DNA of 64,000 bases from Myxococcota bacterium (GTDB lineage: Bacteria > Myxococcota > XYA12-FULL-58-9 > JABJBS01): the NCBI GenBank assembly GCA_036339465.1, contig JAYZAY010000061.1, forward strand, positions 16,489 through 80,488, in the 5' to 3' direction. The translations under genes were made by a program, and so were the position numbers. Of the stretch, positions 60,030 to 64,000 are shown piece after piece; positions within the stretch are counted from its first letter, which is position 1, and the number at the start of each line of letters is the position of its first letter. The notes beneath the pieces are model-generated. The model saw only the letters and a program-made list of their open reading frames with translations, searched no databases and had not been told where the DNA came from.

Positions 60030-60782
60030 CTAGGAACGAGAAATCTCTGGGTGCTCGTCGTGTAGCGACTCGACTTCGTCGGCGATACGCTTCTCAACCG
60101 CTCTTGCGAATTCCTCCAATTGGGTATCGTCCCACTCTGTACTTGGCTCAGGGTTCATGATTCGGATGGCGACCTTACCGGGTTTTGTGCACCATTGCCC
60201 GTAAGGGTGGAGCCCATACGCTCCGGCAATGGCCACAGGGATGATGGGGGCCTTTGTGGCGACCGCCATCCTAAAAGCCCCGAGTTTAAACCGGCCAACT
60301 TTACCATCACGTGTCCGCTTCCCTTCGGGGGCCATGGTAATCCACAAACCTTCCAGCTTTACGCGTTCCGTAGCTTTTTCCATGGTGCGTCGAGCCCGTT
60401 CAGAACGACCTCGATCAATACTCACAAACCCGAATAGCCAGATGAAGAGGCCGATAAATGGATAAAAAAGGAGTTCTCGTTTTAGTACGTAGGTTACACG
60501 ATCCGGAGCGATTGCAGTCAAGAGAAACATATCCAGTAAAGAGGTGTGGTTGAATACCACGATAGCAGGTCCATCGTCGCTGAAATGCCCCATCCCCTCT
60601 ACTTCCCATTCTATTCTGCAAAGCTTAAGAATAGACCGCCCATAGAAACGTAGCCAGGGACACAAGAAAGGCCGAGCGATGAACCCAAGTGTAACGACGT
60701 TGACCAGTAATGCCCCCAAAATGAGTATGACTATCCATATCCAGATCACCGATATTTGCCATATTGACCACAATCTAAACAT
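60030..60782 (-). CDS. plsC: 1-acyl-sn-glycerol-3-phosphate acyltransferase
   Basis: NHTSLLD (HX4D), FVSIDR, PEGKRT, FKLGAF and IIPV motifs; start at ATG 60782 after GGAG. Confidence 0.9.
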   Translation of the reverse strand: MFRLWSIWQISVIWIWIVILILGALLVNVVTLGFIARPFLCPWLRFYGRSILKLCRIEWEVEGMGHFSDDGPAIVVFNHTSLLDMFLLTAIAPDRVTYVLKRELLFYPFIGLFIWLFGFVSIDRGRSERARRTMEKATERVKLEGLWITMAPEGKRTRDGKVGRFKLGAFRMAVATKAPIIPVAIAGAYGLHPYGQWCTKPGKVAIRIMNPEPSTEWDDTQLEEFARAVEKRIADEVESLHDEHPEISRS

Positions 60783-61505
60783 GGTGACTCCTACACTAAA
60801 ACGACTTACGCTAGCGCGACGTACAATGTATAAATTGAATCGACAATAGCATTTTCGCAATGCACAAAAACCAGAAGAAGAAACCTTCAGAAATACAACA
60901 GAACTTCAACCGGCCATGGCTCTAATTGATGAATCTCTGACTGAGAAATATCACGAAGACTCTACCCTTGGATGGGGTTACAATTGCTCTATCCACACAA
61001 ACCCTTCCATTGAATCTTGGTGATAATGGTCCCATCCCCACACCGGATAAATCCCCAACAAAGTAAGCACAAAAAACCAACCAGCCTAAACCTCAAACCA
61101 ACGGATGAAAAATATTGAACCTACGATTAAGAATAAGAACACAAGTGCCAAAAGAAAAAACGAATCCGGCTGTTGTTGAGGGTGTTTATATCCTCCCCCA
61201 AGTAGAGAGACCTACCCACCCATGGAAATCAAGATGAAACCCATAGGCGCACCAAAACCATGGTGGAATTGCAAATGACATTTCGCGGTAGTGGAAAAAA
61301 TGGGGAAACGCGTCCTCTAAGACCAGCACCCTACAACCATGAAAGCGAAGTCTTTCATGAGGCCATCCATTCGAAACACAATTGGTTTAAGACCACACCG
61401 TTTTTTACTCGATTGGCCGCGCTTGTATCGACCTCACACGACTGATAAATCAATAGCATAGTAGAATAGATGTTGGTCATTTTACCCTTACAGGCGGAAA
61501 AAACA

Positions 61506-62699
61506 GTGAAAATCCACGAGTTTCAAGGAAAACAACTTTTTCGAGAGTTTGGTATCCCTGTTCCTAACGGAAAGGTTGCCAAATCCGGTGAAGAAGCTGA
61601 AGCAATTGCAAAAGAGTTAGGCAGCGCGGTTGTCGTTGTCAAAGCCCAAATTCATGCTGGTGGCCGAGGTAAGGGCGCACTGACGGAAGCCCCAGACATC
61701 AACGGCGTTAAAGTCGTGAAGTCTGCCACTGGTGCCCGGGCCCACACCGAGGCCCTCTTGGGCAACACCTTGGTGACCCACCAAACCGGACCAGAAGGCC
61801 AAAAGGTGAAGCAGGTGCTGGTCGAGGAAGGCAGCGATATCGCCAAGGAACTCTATGCTGCGGTCATCTTGGATCGAGACTCAAGCCAAGTATCCTTCAT
61901 TGTAAGTACGGAAGGCGGCATGGACATTGAAGAAGTCGCCGACAAAACACCAGAAAAAATCATCACTGTGGGAATCGATCCTGCCGAAGGTGTCATGCCC
62001 TACCATACTCGAAAACTAGCGTACGGTCTGGGGCTAGAGGGGAAAACCGCAAAACAAGCGGCTAAAGTATTTACAGGTCTTTACAATACTTTTGTTGGAA
62101 CAGACGCCAGTTTAGTTGAAGTCAATCCATTGGTCGTGACGGGAGACGGGGACATTATAGCCCTAGACTCAAAAATGACCTTCGATGACAATGCGATGTT
62201 TAGACGTCCAAATGTCATGGAAATGCGGGATGCCGACGAGGAGGATCCCCAAGAGCGAGAAGCGGTCGAAGCGGGCCTATCTTATGTCACCCTTGATGGC
62301 AATATCGGCTGTCTGGTGAACGGTGCCGGTTTAGCCATGTCCACCATGGACATCATCAAGCACGTGGGCGGCGAACCGGCCAACTTCCTAGACGTTGGCG
62401 GCGGCGCAACCACCGAACAGGTTACCAAGGCATTCAAAATTATTCTCTCCGACCACAACGTCAAAGCTATTTTGGTGAATATTTTTGGGGGCATCGCGAA
62501 ATGCGACGTCATTGCAAATGGGGTTGTAGCAGCAGCCAAAGATGTCAATCTATCGATTCCATTGGTCGTCCGACTCGAAGGCACCAATGTTGACCTAGGT
62601 AAGAAAATACTCTCGGAAAGTGGCCTCTCCATTACACCGGGAGACGATATGCTGGATGCAGCTCAAAAAGTTGTTATGTCAGTGGGAGGTGCAGTATGA
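61506..62699 (+). CDS. sucC: Succinyl-CoA ligase [ADP-forming] beta subunit
   Basis: (M)[60 protein letters not shown] start. Confidence 0.97.
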   Translation: MKIHEFQGKQLFREFGIPVPNGKVAKSGEEAEAIAKELGSAVVVVKAQIHAGGRGKGALTEAPDINGVKVVKSATGARAHTEALLGNTLVTHQTGPEGQKVKQVLVEEGSDIAKELYAAVILDRDSSQVSFIVSTEGGMDIEEVADKTPEKIITVGIDPAEGVMPYHTRKLAYGLGLEGKTAKQAAKVFTGLYNTFVGTDASLVEVNPLVVTGDGDIIALDSKMTFDDNAMFRRPNVMEMRDADEEDPQEREAVEAGLSYVTLDGNIGCLVNGAGLAMSTMDIIKHVGGEPANFLDVGGGATTEQVTKAFKIILSDHNVKAILVNIFGGIAKCDVIANGVVAAAKDVNLSIPLVVRLEGTNVDLGKKILSESGLSITPGDDMLDAAQKVVMSVGGAV

Positions 62700-63577
62700 G
62701 TGTTCTCGTCAACTCAGACACCAAATTATTGATTCAAGGTATCACAGGGTCGGCCGGTTCATTCCACGGCAAACTCATGATGGAATACGGGACCAACCTC
62801 GTAGCCGGTGTCACCCCAGGTCGTGGTGGACAAAAATTCGAAGACAAAGTGTCTGTTTATGACACAGTCTCCGAAGCGGTTAAACAAACCGGCGCCAATG
62901 CCTCTGTTATTTACGTGCCACCTCCGTTTGCCGCCGACGCCATCCTCGAAGCAGTGGACGCAGAAATCCCATTGGTTATCTGTATTACGGAAGGAATTCC
63001 GGTGCTGGACATGGTGCGCGTAAAACGTTCCATGGCCGGCAAGGATGTGCGACTCATCGGACCAAACTGCCCGGGCGTGATCACCCCCGGTCAATGTAAA
63101 ATCGGCATCATGCCCGGACACATCCACAAGCCCGGTCGAGTCGGTGTCGTTTCACGCTCGGGAACCTTGACCTACGAGGCCGTGGGACAACTCACCGCTT
63201 TGGGCATCGGTCAGTCGACCTGTATCGGTATCGGGGGCGACCCCGTAAATGGGACCAACTTCATCGATTGTTTGAAACTCTTCAACGAAGACCCAGACAC
63301 CGATGCAGTGATTATGCTTGGGGAAATTGGCGGAACCGCCGAGGAACAAGCGGCAGCTTGGGTCAAGGAGAATATGACCAAGCCTGTGGCAGCCTTCATC
63401 GCCGGCGCCACAGCACCTCCAGGAAAACGCATGGGCCACGCCGGCGCCATCATTTCCGGTGGTAAGGGCACCGCAAAAGACAAATTTGACGCCCTAGAAG
63501 CCGCGGGCATTACCACCACGGCCAGTCCTGCTGAATTGGCCCTAGCGCTTCAAGAAGCGATGAAGCGAGCCTCCTAA
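62696..63577 (+). CDS. sucD: Succinyl-CoA ligase alpha subunit
   Basis: [34 protein letters not shown] (phospho-His). Confidence 0.98.
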   Translation: MSVLVNSDTKLLIQGITGSAGSFHGKLMMEYGTNLVAGVTPGRGGQKFEDKVSVYDTVSEAVKQTGANASVIYVPPPFAADAILEAVDAEIPLVICITEGIPVLDMVRVKRSMAGKDVRLIGPNCPGVITPGQCKIGIMPGHIHKPGRVGVVSRSGTLTYEAVGQLTALGIGQSTCIGIGGDPVNGTNFIDCLKLFNEDPDTDAVIMLGEIGGTAEEQAAAWVKENMTKPVAAFIAGATAPPGKRMGHAGAIISGGKGTAKDKFDALEAAGITTTASPAELALALQEAMKRAS

Positions 63578-63729
63578 GCCCGAGTTACATCGCGATAAAA
63601 TCCAAGTCGGATCTATTGCCCAACCCACCCAAATTCTGTTACGCCCTTCCCGATTTTCCTACCGACGGGTGGTTCTATGTCTGAATGCCCAGTCGTTTAA
63701 CGATTAATAATGCATCCGAGAGGTCAAAA

Positions 63730-64000
63730 ATGACAGAAAGAACGCTATCCATCGTCAAGCCCGACGCAGTTCGGAATGGTAACATCGGTGACGTGATGAA
63801 AACCTTCGAAGAAAACAACCTCAAGGTTGTGGCAGCTCGACTCGAACAACTTACTCTGGAAAAAGCCCGGGAGTTCTACGCAGTCCATAGTGAACGCCCA
63901 TTCTACAACGACCTCGTAAATTTCATGATTAGCGGTCCTATTTTTGTGAGCGTGCTCGAAGGCGAAAACGCAATTCTCAAAAACCGCGAACTCATGGGCG
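63730..64000 (+). CDS. ndk: Nucleoside diphosphate kinase (3'-truncated by window edge)
   Basis: Not in the ORF track. Manual translation gives [14 protein letters not shown]...[22 protein letters not shown]...NRELMG. Confidence 0.95.
   Translation, partial: MTERTLSIVKPDAVRNGNIGDVMKTFEENNLKVVAARLEQLTLEKAREFYAVHSERPFYNDLVNFMISGPIFVSVLEGENAILKNRELMG

Noticed and set aside
1..64000. CRISPR arrays, IS elements, rRNA and tRNA genes
   Set aside because: No regularly spaced repeats, transposase motifs or recognisable stable-RNA sequences were seen by eye; a tRNAscan/Infernal run would be needed to fully exclude small RNA genes.

Overview
Core-genome window of a moderate-GC (roughly 45-50% by eye) bacterium. 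It is most plausibly an uncultured Myxococcota/deltaproteobacterial lineage, inferred from a tandem MXAN_4361/4362-like small-protein pair, a Haliangium-like microcompartment locus and a CPCDCW/SPCDCW-type LptD C-terminus. Contents, left to right: 3' part of methylmalonyl-CoA mutase, meaB, trmO and purF; a stand-alone gcvP; an 820-bp non-coding stretch with several hairpins; a compact four-gene bacterial microcompartment (BMC) operon (BMC-T, BMC-H, BMC-P and an acylating aldehyde dehydrogenase with an encapsulation peptide, but no signature enzyme); an LEA_2 lipoprotein; two small RHH-like proteins; Tex; a sigma54 response regulator; a short family A DNA polymerase with no 5' nuclease and a degenerate proofreading domain; the str-S10-spc-alpha ribosomal supercluster; TonB, FHA, TPR and OMP envelope genes; lpxK; a CHASE2 adenylate cyclase; folC; lptD; a trp cluster interrupted by ubiB-like and MFS genes; hom-recG-greA; plsC; sucCD; and the start of ndk. 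The ribosomal cluster lacks tuf, rpsN, map, infA and rpsD, and rplC has moved about 5 kb away to the opposite strand. I saw no rRNA, tRNA, CRISPR array or mobile element. The best candidates for a poorly understood system are the minimal BMC operon with its Cys-bearing BMC-T and neighbouring structured intergenic region, and the accessory PolA. All assignments come from motif recognition by eye; no database searches were run.
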